From Luminiphilus sp. (GTDB taxonomy: Bacteria; Pseudomonadota; Gammaproteobacteria; Pseudomonadales; Halieaceae), in assembly GCA_024638905.1 (NCBI GenBank), contig JAHEJH010000002.1, positions 1 through 45,431 of the forward strand: 45,431 bases of DNA. The letters are read 5' to 3'. Shown in pieces: positions 36,442-45,431 of this stretch. Both the position numbers and the translations under genes were made by a program. The number at the start of each line of letters is the position of its first letter. Within the stretch, counting starts at the first letter, position 1. A model generated the notes under the pieces. It did no database searches. It worked only from the letters and a program-made list of their open reading frames with translations, and was not told the origin of the DNA.

Positions 36442-38220
36442 ATGGATGATGGTCATTTGGTGCTGACTCGCTCGCTCGAACTTGAAGTTCGCGCTGCCTT
36501 CGCGTTGCAATCGCGAACCGAAGGATTAACGGGCGAGGCACTAATCGAGGCGCTGTCAAAGCTGCAGACAGCAGAAAATCAGACACTGCTGAGCGCGCTG
36601 GCAGATCGAGGCCACGGGCTTGTCGCCTCGGAACCTGCTGCTGTGCTGGACTGGGTCGATGCTGCCTTTGTGCGCTGGCAATCACACTATTCTCTCGACC
36701 CAGAGCTGGCGCAGCTGCTGCTGGAGGTCAGACCCCTGACCGCAGCGTTTGCCTGTTCGGAGGATCGGTTTTTCACCCCGGGCGCTCACGCCTTGCACCG
36801 TCTCCTAGACGCGCTCTATGAGGGCTTCGCGGGATGGTCTCCGGATCTAGGCAAGACCGCGCGACCTGCGGTCGACGCTGTTGGAGAAATCATTCAACGA
36901 TGCCTGCAGGATTTTCCAAGCGAGCCTGCGGTCGATCACACCCTACATCTGCTGGAGCAGAAGATCAGCGGATATTCCGGCCAGCTGGAGCGCCTCGATG
37001 CAGGACTGGTCGAACGCGAAGCGACTGCGATGGCCAGCACGGTCGCGCGGCGGGCTGTCGGTGAACAGGTCAGTCAAAAACTCGGCAATGCCACCTTTCC
37101 TGGCACGCTGGCAGAATTCATCGGCGGAGATTGGTTCGAGGCAGGCGTCGCCTTGGCAAAAAATCTGGGCACCGACAATGACGTCTGGCAACAGTATGGT
37201 GAAATCACCGGGCAGTTGGTCGCGCTATTTGGGCATACCGATACACAATCCAAAGTAGCCGCTGCAAACGGCGACGAGCTGCCACATCGCGTTCGCAAGT
37301 TATTGGAGCAGGTCGGTTTGTCGAGTGAGCGGGCGAAGAGCGCTGGCGACATGCTCGAATATCTGCTGCTCCGGCATGCCTCAAAGCAGATGCCCGATAT
37401 AACGCTGGCACCCGTCATGCTGGACGGGCAATCGACGGAGGACTGGTCCAATGCCACCGTCACCTCGCTGAGTGAGGCGGGGATCGAGCAGGGACAGTGG
37501 TATCGCATTCAGCAGCCGGAAGGAGTTCGCCGACTGCGTCTTTGCGGCGCGTTCGGGCACAACAGTTATCTCGTGTTCATGGACTTTGCGGGTGCCAGAG
37601 CATTGCGACTCGGCGTCAACGAGTTTGCCAACCTCTTGCGCTCCGGTGAGGCGACGCAACTCGATACGAGGGAAACTTTTTCGCGCGCGCTGGTCGAAGC
37701 AGCAGAGTCAAAAAGCGAGTGGCTGGCTGGGCAGCAAGCGGCCCAAGCGAAAGCCCGTGAGCAAGCGTCTCAGGTGGCGGAGCAGGACGCGGTGACGCTG
37801 GCCAGCGAACGGGAGGTCGCCGCCCAGCGTCTGCGAGAGGCAGAGCAGCGAGCCCTGCGCCAGTCCGAAGCGCTACCGGCCAGTCAGTCGGAATCGGGCG
37901 ATCGCACGCTAAGTGCGGACCAACCCTTCGATACCAATACCGTGCTGCAGCTGCAGATTCCGATTGGAACCTGGCTGGGATTCCACGACCGGGAGCCCCC
38001 CATCATGGCCAGAGTTGCCGTGAGAGACCTCGATAAAGACAGCTATATTTTCACTAATCGCGAGGGCATTAAGCTCAGAGAACTAACCGTTCCACAGCTG
38101 GTGACGCTGGTAGAGCGTGACATGGTGGATATTCTGGAGCGAAAAACCAGCTTCCGCGAGACGCTCGCCGGCAATGCCGGACAGGATCGACTCAACCAGT
38201 TTCAGGCGGGCCCCGCCTAG
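36442..38220 (+). CDS. DUF1631 family protein
   Basis: FF....H..HRLLD.L segment and C-terminal GTW..F...YIFTNREG.K...F...L pattern recalled for DUF1631. ATG at 36442. Confidence 0.65.
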   Translation: MDDGHLVLTRSLELEVRAAFALQSRTEGLTGEALIEALSKLQTAENQTLLSALADRGHGLVASEPAAVLDWVDAAFVRWQSHYSLDPELAQLLLEVRPLTAAFACSEDRFFTPGAHALHRLLDALYEGFAGWSPDLGKTARPAVDAVGEIIQRCLQDFPSEPAVDHTLHLLEQKISGYSGQLERLDAGLVEREATAMASTVARRAVGEQVSQKLGNATFPGTLAEFIGGDWFEAGVALAKNLGTDNDVWQQYGEITGQLVALFGHTDTQSKVAAANGDELPHRVRKLLEQVGLSSERAKSAGDMLEYLLLRHASKQMPDITLAPVMLDGQSTEDWSNATVTSLSEAGIEQGQWYRIQQPEGVRRLRLCGAFGHNSYLVFMDFAGARALRLGVNEFANLLRSGEATQLDTRETFSRALVEAAESKSEWLAGQQAAQAKAREQASQVAEQDAVTLASEREVAAQRLREAEQRALRQSEALPASQSESGDRTLSADQPFDTNTVLQLQIPIGTWLGFHDREPPIMARVAVRDLDKDSYIFTNREGIKLRELTVPQLVTLVERDMVDILERKTSFRETLAGNAGQDRLNQFQAGPA

Positions 38221-39329
38221 ATCTGTTCGTCCTCTAGGCTGAAGGTCGTTGTCTCTTCCTCGGTACCCTGATCGCCAGCCAACTTGAGGCGCAGGCGCAG
38301 GTTGTTCTCCGAATCTGCGTTGCGCAACGCCTCGTCCTCGGTAATCTCGCCGGCCTGACACAGGTCGAACAATGCCATATCAAAGGTTTTCATCCCCCGG
38401 TCTTTGGACTTCTCCATAATTTCCTTGAGGCCACCAATATCACCCCGCAAGATCAACTCCTTCACGGTTGGAGAGCCCAGCATCACCTCAACCGCTGCGC
38501 TACGGCCACCCTCTGTATTCGGGATCAGGCGCTGGGAGACAAAAGCCTGCAGGTTCAATGACAAGTCCATCAATAGTTGCTGACGCTTTTCCTCAGGGAA
38601 AAAGTTGATGATGCGATCGAGGGCCTGATTGGCATTATTGGCGTGCAAGGTCGAGATACACAGGTGCCCTGTCTCGGCAAAGGAGATCGCGTGCTCCATG
38701 GTTTCCCGGTCGCGGATCTCACCGATCAGTATGACGTCGGGCGCTTGTCGCAGCGTGTTCTTCAACGCGTTGTGCCAGTTGCGGGTATCCACACCCACTT
38801 CGCGCTGATTCACGATGGACTTCTTGTGCCGATGCACAAACTCGACCGGGTCTTCAATCGTCACGATATGCCCGCTGCTGTTGCTGTTGCGATAGTCGAT
38901 CATGGCCGCCAGAGAGGTAGACTTACCTGAGCCGGTGGCACCGACAAACAGGACCAGACCTCGCTTGCGCATGATGAGCTCAGTGAGGATTTGGGGCAGA
39001 CCAAGGTCGTACCATTGCGGGATATCCATGACAATGAAGCGGGCAACGATGCTGACCTCATTGCGCTGCCGGAAGATGTTGACCCGGAAACGTCCCACGC
39101 TAGGAACGGACACAGCTAAATTCATTTCCAGATCCCGCGCGAACTCCTCGCGCTGGGTGTCGTCCATCAATTCGTTGGCAATCTCGGCGACTTCGCCGGG
39201 CGACAGGACATCAGAGTAAATGGTCTTCAGTTCGCCTTCAAATTTGGCACAGGGCGGTGCGCCGGTAGCCAGATACAGATCAGAACCCTTGCGCTCCGCC
39301 AACACCTTCAACCATTCATGTATTCGCAT
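38217..39329 (-). CDS. pilU: Type IV pilus retraction ATPase, PilU-like
   Basis: GATGSGKSTS, TIEDPVE, LRQAPDVILIGEIRD and AETGHL...TLHANNANQALDRIINFF (PilU-type). ATG at 39329. Confidence 0.88.
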   Translation of the reverse strand: MRIHEWLKVLAERKGSDLYLATGAPPCAKFEGELKTIYSDVLSPGEVAEIANELMDDTQREEFARDLEMNLAVSVPSVGRFRVNIFRQRNEVSIVARFIVMDIPQWYDLGLPQILTELIMRKRGLVLFVGATGSGKSTSLAAMIDYRNSNSSGHIVTIEDPVEFVHRHKKSIVNQREVGVDTRNWHNALKNTLRQAPDVILIGEIRDRETMEHAISFAETGHLCISTLHANNANQALDRIINFFPEEKRQQLLMDLSLNLQAFVSQRLIPNTEGGRSAAVEVMLGSPTVKELILRGDIGGLKEIMEKSKDRGMKTFDMALFDLCQAGEITEDEALRNADSENNLRLRLKLAGDQGTEEETTTFSLEDEQI

Positions 39330-39496
39330 GACTATCACACCTCCCTGTGTTCAGATTCCTGACTTTCGGTCACTGCGAAAGCCGTGTTTCCCCCTGTACG
39401 GTGCGCTCCTTGCGCCGTACACTCCGCCCCAATTTAACCCCTGAGAGCGGCGAAAGCCCAGCGCGATTGCCGTCAATTCCTCACACAGGAGCCACC

Positions 39497-41083
39497 GTGT
39501 CGAACCACGCTGCGATCTTCCGGCAGGTACTTGAGACTGATCCGCAATGGCTGGAACAGGTTCGACGCGGCGTGGAAAAAGAAAGCCTGCGCGTCACGGC
39601 CGATCAGGCAACGCTGGCACAAACACCTCATCCCAAGGGTTTGGGCTCGACGCTGACGCACTCTGCTATCACCACAGACTATTCGGAGGCGCTGCTAGAG
39701 TTCATTACACCAGCTTCCCATTCCATTGCTGAAACTGAACAGGCGTTGGCGGACCTGCATCGCTTCACGGCGCGTCACCTTGACCAGGAGCTGTTATGGA
39801 ATGCAAGCATGCCCTGCATTGTGAATGGTGACGCCGGGATCCCGATCGCCGAATTTGGTACTTCCAATGTTGGCCAGATGAAGCGGATCTATCGCAACGG
39901 GCTGAGCGTGCGCTATGGCAGAAAGATGCAAGCGATTGCCGGCATTCACTACAACTTCTCGCTGCCTGAATCCTTTTGGGCGGCCGCCCATGATCTGGCG
40001 GGCACTGCCCATGACGCTCAGGCATTTCAAACCGAAGGATACCTGGCGCTGATCCGGAACTTTTTTTCCCGGGTCTGGATGTTGATGTACTTACTGGGTG
40101 CGTCCCCTGCCGTCTGCGCGAGTTTTATTCAGGGCAATAAGCATCATCCACTAGAGCCAATGGGTGAGGATCATCACAGCTTCTTCCTGCCCCACGCCAC
40201 CACCTTGAGAATGGGTGATCTCGGTTATACCAGCAATGCGCAGGCGGGAATGGACGTCTGCTATAACGACCTCGATCAATACATTTCTACCTTGCGTGAC
40301 GCGATTCTGACGCCGCACCCTGCCTACGGGCAGTTTGACCTGATGCAGAACGGAGAGCGCGCGCAACTCAACACCTCGTTACTGCAAATCGAAAATGAGT
40401 ACTACAGCCCGATCCGGCCCAAGCGGGTAACACAGAGCGGTGAGGCACCCGTCGTCGCGCTCGCGCGCAAGGGCATTGAGTATGTCGAGGTGCGCTGCGT
40501 GGATATCAACCCTTTCACGCCTTTTGGGATCGACACCGATACGATGCGATTGATCGATCTCTTCCTGATCGCATGCCTGATCGATGACAGCCCGCCATGC
40601 GATGCCGATGGGCAACGACAGAACAAAACCAACCTACAGCGGATGGTCAATCGCGGGCGCGAACCCGGGTTGACGCTGCTGTCCCGCGACGGTGTTGAGA
40701 CACCCCGGGAAGTGCTCGCTGAACCGATTCTGGATCGAATGGATGAAGTCGCCAAGTGGTATCACTCGGGGACAGGCAACACCGATTACGAGCAAGTGGT
40801 CGCGCAAGCACGGGCGCACATTGCGGACCCGTCACTCACGCTCTCGGCGCGCGTACTCGATGAAATGACCACAAACAACCAGAGCTTCTGGCAGCTGGCG
40901 CTTCGGTATTCGCGCGAGTGGCATCAACAACACCTTGCAGCGCCATTAGCGGACGCTACTTGGGGGGCCATGACTGACGACGCTGCCATCTCGCTCGAAC
41001 GGCAACAAGAGATCGAGTCCCACGACAATCAGTCTTTCGACACTTACCTGTCACAGTTCTACGAACAGTATCAGTCGGTCTGA
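39497..41083 (+). CDS. gshA: Glutamate--cysteine ligase
   Basis: RG.EKESLR, ITTDYSEALLEFITP, GIHYNFS, LQIENEYYSPIRPK and EYVEVR motifs. GTG at 39497 after AGGAG. Confidence 0.96.
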   Translation: MSNHAAIFRQVLETDPQWLEQVRRGVEKESLRVTADQATLAQTPHPKGLGSTLTHSAITTDYSEALLEFITPASHSIAETEQALADLHRFTARHLDQELLWNASMPCIVNGDAGIPIAEFGTSNVGQMKRIYRNGLSVRYGRKMQAIAGIHYNFSLPESFWAAAHDLAGTAHDAQAFQTEGYLALIRNFFSRVWMLMYLLGASPAVCASFIQGNKHHPLEPMGEDHHSFFLPHATTLRMGDLGYTSNAQAGMDVCYNDLDQYISTLRDAILTPHPAYGQFDLMQNGERAQLNTSLLQIENEYYSPIRPKRVTQSGEAPVVALARKGIEYVEVRCVDINPFTPFGIDTDTMRLIDLFLIACLIDDSPPCDADGQRQNKTNLQRMVNRGREPGLTLLSRDGVETPREVLAEPILDRMDEVAKWYHSGTGNTDYEQVVAQARAHIADPSLTLSARVLDEMTTNNQSFWQLALRYSREWHQQHLAAPLADATWGAMTDDAAISLERQQEIESHDNQSFDTYLSQFYEQYQSV

Positions 41084-41196
41084 CGGTCACCCCTGCCCGG
41101 GAGGTCAAACCTGACCCCGCACCGATTCCTCACCGGCTGAGATAGTGGGCTCTGACTGGCGAGTCGAAAGCGGGAAAACACCTCACGAGCAGCAAT

Positions 41197-41223
41197 AAAA
41201 AAAGCGCCCGGTGGGCGCTTTTC
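41197..41223. terminator. Bidirectional intrinsic terminator
   Basis: A7-GCGCCC-GGT-GGGCGC-TTTT between convergent genes. Confidence 0.85.
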
Positions 41224-41272
41224 TGGTGTTGCTAAAGGTGAGCCTCCCGCTGTACAGGAGCACCACTGTGGA

Positions 41273-42007
41273 TTACTCGGCCCCAGCGTCCGCTTTCACC
41301 ACCGCAATCAGTTCAACGTCAAACAGCAAGGTGGCATTCGGGCCAATCATTTGCCCTGCCCCGCCCTCGCCGTAGCCTAGCTCCGGGGGAATGATGAACT
41401 TGAACTTGCCGCCCGGCTTCATCAGTTGAAGTCCCTCGGTCCAGCCGGGAATCACCTGCGTCAAGCCAAAGGTCACGGTCTGGCCGCGCTCAAAGCTGCT
41501 GTCAAACACCGAGCCATCAATCAGCCGGCCCTCGTAGTGCACCTCAACAGAGTCCGCAGCCACCGGATTGTCACCCTCGCCGGGTTCCATGACGATGTAT
41601 TGCAGCCCCGATTCCGTGGTTTGCACGTCGTCATTGGCAATCATCTCTTCCATATACGCTCTGCCTGCCTCCAAGTTTGACTGCGCCTGCGCCACGCGCT
41701 CGGCTTCCGCTTCTGCCTGACTTCGCTCCTGAAACGCGGACATTTCGGTATTGATTTCCTCGTCCGACAGCTTCGCTTCGGCACCGGTCATCGCGTCCTC
41801 AAGACCGGCCGCGTAGGCGGCAACATCGATCTGCATACCATCAGCAGACATCCGCTGGCCCATGCGCAGGCCAATGCCATAGCTGAGTCGCGCGTCGGTC
41901 GACTCCAGAGTGACTTCCTGCTCCTGCGAAGCGCCACCGCAGCCCATAAGGGCCATCATCAGCCCAGCTAGTGACAGCTGGCCGACTACTTTTTTCGGGG
42001 TACTCAT
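41273..42007 (-). CDS. FKBP-type peptidyl-prolyl isomerase (Mip/FklB-like), probable lipoprotein
   Basis: SYGIG N-domain, T.SGLQY, VHYEG.L.DG.VFDSS, VIPGWTEGLQLM and LLFDVEL motifs; LMGC lipobox. Confidence 0.92.
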   Translation of the reverse strand: MSTPKKVVGQLSLAGLMMALMGCGGASQEQEVTLESTDARLSYGIGLRMGQRMSADGMQIDVAAYAAGLEDAMTGAEAKLSDEEINTEMSAFQERSQAEAEAERVAQAQSNLEAGRAYMEEMIANDDVQTTESGLQYIVMEPGEGDNPVAADSVEVHYEGRLIDGSVFDSSFERGQTVTFGLTQVIPGWTEGLQLMKPGGKFKFIIPPELGYGEGGAGQMIGPNATLLFDVELIAVVKADAGAE

Positions 42008-42049
42008 GCTCAACGTTCTCCCTGTTCCGTTTGCAATGGAGCGGCGATG

Positions 42050-42562
42050 TTACGTTGACTGGAGAAGCAGTGCCACCAGTTGCTCTCGTTCGGAGGCAAA
42101 TTTACCGTTCTCAAAACCGGACACCGCCAGCATGTTAGCGTTCATGCGCTTTGCGGCATCCTCCAAGGCTTCTGCCGTCAGCATTTTTTTGGTCATGCCG
42201 TCCTGAGGCCCACTGCGAAGCGCCTCGGTGCTGTCCCACATCAGCTCGGCGAGGTGACGCTCCGCCTGGACCTCGAGCTGAAGCAAATGCCGTCGCGCGT
42301 CCTCTTTGACCGCATCGCCCTTCCATTGCTCCCGCACAGCGCGCAAAGGCAACACCACTTCGTCAATCCAGGCCCCCGTGGTGGCGCGCATTACCGCAAC
42401 ATCCCGATTCTGTAATCGGTGTCCCTCGGTAGACAACCAGGCAGCGAACAAAGCCTCCAATATGACCAGGTCGGCCTGCGACTGCAGTGTCAGCAACAGT
42501 GCTTGTGTGGGCTCCCGGGCATACTGCCTCAACGCCCAGTCCCAGAATGGTGCCACGGTCAC
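42050..42562 (-). CDS. TIGR02444 (DUF2390) family protein
   Basis: FW.WAL..Y, LL.LQ, W...VV.PLR..R and L.LE..AE pattern. Confidence 0.7.
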   Translation of the reverse strand: MTVAPFWDWALRQYAREPTQALLLTLQSQADLVILEALFAAWLSTEGHRLQNRDVAVMRATTGAWIDEVVLPLRAVREQWKGDAVKEDARRHLLQLEVQAERHLAELMWDSTEALRSGPQDGMTKKMLTAEALEDAAKRMNANMLAVSGFENGKFASEREQLVALLLQST

Positions 42563-42565
42563 GTC

Positions 42566-42853
42566 TTATCCTCTCTCATCAGCGCCCGCAATGAGTGCCA
42601 GCTTTTGCGCTCTACTAAGCCGACGCAGCGCATGCTCCCTTTGCTGGGCATCCGATCGCGAGTCACAGGCCTCGGACCACACCAAAACTGCCGGTCGACG
42701 CGCTTTGGTATAGCGAGCGCCGCCAGCCAACTGCCCATTGTGCTGCCGAAGCCGCCTGGCCAGATCCTTGGTGACACCTGCGTAGAGCGAGTGATCAGCA
42801 CACTGCAAAAGATAGACCCACCATGGCGATTCCTGTTCTTCGTCAGCATTCAT
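42566..42853 (-). CDS. GIY-YIG nuclease family protein (YhbQ/UPF0213-like)
   Basis: WVYLLQC.D.SLY.G.T.DL.RR..QHN...GARYT..RRP. Confidence 0.88.
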   Translation of the reverse strand: MNADEEQESPWWVYLLQCADHSLYAGVTKDLARRLRQHNGQLAGGARYTKARRPAVLVWSEACDSRSDAQQREHALRRLSRAQKLALIAGADERG

Positions 42854-42971
42854 TAGCTGATCACTGAGCAGTGGTCAAAGCTTGCCGGCTGGCAGGCAGT
42901 AGGATATTTTCTCGCTAACATGAACCCAATCATTGAACGCGGCTGAAGCCCTGCCTGACAACGGAGCACCT

Positions 42972-43298
42972 ATGAGCGCTGACATTTTGCACGTGACCGA
43001 CGACAACTTCGATGCGGAGGTACTCTCCAGCGATCTGCCCGTGCTGGTGGATTTTTGGGCCGAGTGGTGTGGCCCCTGCAAGATGATTGCGCCCATCCTC
43101 GAGGAGATTGCCACAGAATACGCAGGAAAGGTCAAAGTCTGTAAGGTCGACGTGGACGCCAACCCTGACATGCCGGGTAAGTTCAATATTCGCGGCATCC
43201 CGACCCTGATCATGTTCAAAGGTGGCAATGCAGTTGATACCAAAGTCGGCGCGCTGTCCAAAACCCAACTGAGCGAATTTGTAGACAGCGTGACCTAA
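42972..43298 (+). CDS. trxA: Thioredoxin
   Basis: [11 protein letters not shown] and IRGIPTL motifs; upstream of rho. ATG at 42972 after GGAG. Confidence 0.96.
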   Translation: MSADILHVTDDNFDAEVLSSDLPVLVDFWAEWCGPCKMIAPILEEIATEYAGKVKVCKVDVDANPDMPGKFNIRGIPTLIMFKGGNAVDTKVGALSKTQLSEFVDSVT

Positions 43299-43597
43299 AC
43301 AACAGACGAGATAAATAGAGGCCAAAGGGGCATAAATACCCCTACATTTTTGCTGGACGCGCCCATCTTCGGGTGCTAACTTGCAGCAATCGGGACCTGT
43401 ATGGCTCCCGTTGCACCCGAACTTCTCTTTTTTCACTCTAGCCGTAAAGCCCTTGGCCAGCGCGCTGATGGAGTGGGCTTAGAGACCGTTCAGGGCAATT
43501 TCTACCCTGACCCGCACCAGCACAAGAAGCAACAAGCATCGGCGGGGCAGACCCATTTCCTACTGACCTATTTTATCTATTTATTCGGAAGAGATTC

Positions 43598-45142
43598 GTG
43601 GAAGACCAAACCAATACCAACACCGAAGAGTTGGAGGCCACCAACAGTGATGCCGCCAGCGATGAGGCGGCCACCGAAACCACCAAAAAGAACGGGCGAA
43701 CCCTAAAGCTCAAAGCCTCTGAGGCAGAAGCCTCAAGCGAGGCATCGAGTGATGCGCCGGCTGAAGCCGAGACGAGTGGTGAAACTGGCGGTGAAGAGGC
43801 GCCCCAGGGGCGCTCCCGTCGGGGACGGCAACGACGCCCGCGCCGCGATCCCAACACCCCCAGCGAAAACCCCATGAGCCTGACCGACTTGAAAAACAAG
43901 TCGACCCAAGAACTCATTGATATGGCCCGCGAGATGGGCATCGAGAACATGGCTCGCTCACGCAAGCAGGACATCATCTTTGCCCTGCTCAAACGTCATG
44001 CCAAAAGCGGTGAAGACATCTTTGGCGATGGCGTACTGGAAATTCTGCAGGATGGTTTCGGCTTCCTAAGATCGGCAGACAGTTCCTTCCTCGCAGGCCC
44101 CGACGACATCTATGTGAGCCCCAGCCAGATTCGGCGCTTTAACCTGCGCACCGGTGACACCGTTACCGGCATGATTCGACCGCCCAAGGATTCGGAGCGT
44201 TACTTCGCGCTTTTAAAGGTGAAGGAAGTTAACTTTGAGTCCCCGGAGAGCGCCAAAAGCAAGATCCTGTTTGAAAACCTTACGCCGCTGTTCCCGAATG
44301 AGCGCCTGACCCTTGAGAAAGGCAACGGCTCCACCGAGGACCTGACGGGACGTCTAATTGATCTTGTGGCACCGATCGGGAAAGGCCAGCGTGGGCTGCT
44401 CGTCGCACCGCCCAAGGCTGGCAAGACGATCATGATGCAGAACATTGCCCAGGCAATCATCACCAACAACCCCGAGTGCTACGTGATCGTGCTACTCATC
44501 GACGAACGGCCGGAAGAAGTGACCGAGATGCAGCGCTCGGTGGGCGCGCGCGGTGCCGAAGTCGTCGCCTCTACCTTCGACGAACCGCCCTCGCGCCACG
44601 TTCAAGTCGCCGACATGGTGATTGAAAAGGCGAAGCGACTGGTAGAGCACAAACGCGACGTGGTGATCCTGCTCGACTCTATTACGCGCCTCGCTCGCGC
44701 CTACAACACTGTGATCCCCAGCTCCGGAAAGGTACTGACCGGTGGTGTGGACGCCCACGCATTGGAGCGACCCAAGCGGTTCTTCGGCGCGGCCAGAAAT
44801 ATTGAGGAAGGTGGCAGCCTCTCCATTATCGCCACAGCGCTGATCGATACCGGCTCGAAGATGGACGAAGTCATCTACGAGGAATTCAAGGGCACGGGCA
44901 ACTTGGAGCTGCACCTCGATCGCAAGATTGCGGAGAAGCGCGTTTACCCTGCCATCAATATCCGCCGATCAGGAACGCGTCGCGAAGAGCTGCTGACCGG
45001 CGAAGAGGAACTGCAGCGTATGTGGATTTTGCGCAAGCTGCTTCATGGCATGGAAGACCTGCCCGCCATCGAGTTCCAACTCGACAAGCTGAAGGACACC
45101 AAGTCCAATGAAGAATTCTTCAAGTCAATGAAGCGGAAGTAA
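43598..45142 (+). CDS. rho: Transcription termination factor Rho with N-terminal extension
   Basis: [33 protein letters not shown] and EEFKGTGN motifs; conserved part begins at Met 43874. Confidence 0.97.
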   Translation: MEDQTNTNTEELEATNSDAASDEAATETTKKNGRTLKLKASEAEASSEASSDAPAEAETSGETGGEEAPQGRSRRGRQRRPRRDPNTPSENPMSLTDLKNKSTQELIDMAREMGIENMARSRKQDIIFALLKRHAKSGEDIFGDGVLEILQDGFGFLRSADSSFLAGPDDIYVSPSQIRRFNLRTGDTVTGMIRPPKDSERYFALLKVKEVNFESPESAKSKILFENLTPLFPNERLTLEKGNGSTEDLTGRLIDLVAPIGKGQRGLLVAPPKAGKTIMMQNIAQAIITNNPECYVIVLLIDERPEEVTEMQRSVGARGAEVVASTFDEPPSRHVQVADMVIEKAKRLVEHKRDVVILLDSITRLARAYNTVIPSSGKVLTGGVDAHALERPKRFFGAARNIEEGGSLSIIATALIDTGSKMDEVIYEEFKGTGNLELHLDRKIAEKRVYPAINIRRSGTRREELLTGEEELQRMWILRKLLHGMEDLPAIEFQLDKLKDTKSNEEFFKSMKRK

Positions 45143-45151
45143 TTCCCTACT

Positions 45152-45431
45152 ATGCCCAGCTTTGTCGACCTGCGGGAGTTCATCAGTGAGCTCGAGAAAC
45201 GGGGCGATCTGGTGCGCATTACCGCTGAGGTCGACCCCAATCTGGAGATGACCGAAATCGCCGACCGCACCTTGCGCGGCGGCGGGCCGGCGCTGTTATT
45301 CGAAAACCCCAAGGGCTCCGATATTCCCGTTCTTGCCAACCTGTTCGGCGCGGAGCGGCGTGTTGCGCTTGGCATGGGCGAAGAAGATGTTGAAGCCCTG
45401 CGCGATGTCGGCGAACTGCTGTCCTACCTAC
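45152..45431 (+). CDS. ubiD: 4-hydroxy-3-polyprenylbenzoate decarboxylase, N-terminal part; runs off the window edge
   Basis: Manual translation [55 protein letters not shown]...PVLANLFG; rho-ubiD order is common in Gammaproteobacteria. Confidence 0.92.
   Translation, partial: MPSFVDLREFISELEKRGDLVRITAEVDPNLEMTEIADRTLRGGGPALLFENPKGSDIPVLANLFGAERRVALGMGEEDVEALRDVGELLSYL

Noticed and set aside
42566-42853. GIY-YIG gene as homing endonuclease or defence system
   Set aside because: Size and motifs fit the common stand-alone YhbQ-type protein; no intron or defence neighbours.
21362-43298. Redox gene cluster (hslO, peroxiredoxin, gshA, trxA)
   Set aside because: Spread over 22 kb in separate units with no shared motif noticed; ordinary housekeeping genes.
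43401-43706. 101-aa ORF as a rho leader peptide
   Set aside because: Too long, overlaps rho out of frame and has no recognisable features.

Overview
Chromosomal window (GC-rich, high-50s % by eye) whose gene content (rpsT, hslO-pckA, dinG, gshA, trxA-rho-ubiD, DUF1631, many Rieske/SDR/ACAD genes) points to a marine Gammaproteobacterium, plausibly Halieaceae/OM60-NOR5 (inference). Bases 1-16.6 kb hold an 18-gene lipid/alicyclic-substrate catabolic cluster, cut at the left edge: two Rieske oxygenase alpha subunits, a Rieske ferredoxin, two MDR ene-reductases, three SDRs, two NTF2/SnoaL proteins, an ABM protein, DUF35 plus an atypical thiolase, three acyl-CoA dehydrogenases, a CoA ligase and a TetR regulator. 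It is arranged as four divergent transcription pairs, and each divergent gap carries one copy of the palindrome CAAGC-N2-GCTTG in A/T flanks over the predicted -35 boxes, the best candidate for an undescribed regulon. The rest is mostly housekeeping, with several oddities: a phasin with its K/A-rich tail at the N-terminus beside a PhaD-like TetR and a TTAGA-N8-TCTAA site; a membrane-anchored haloalkane-dehalogenase/OleB-like hydrolase upstream of an RND pump; a moaA-coxD-coxE-like operon without a target molybdoenzyme; a solo PilU; and a Rho with a 92-aa low-complexity N-terminal extension. No rRNA, tRNA, CRISPR array, integrase or transposase was seen. All calls come from motif recognition; no searches were run.
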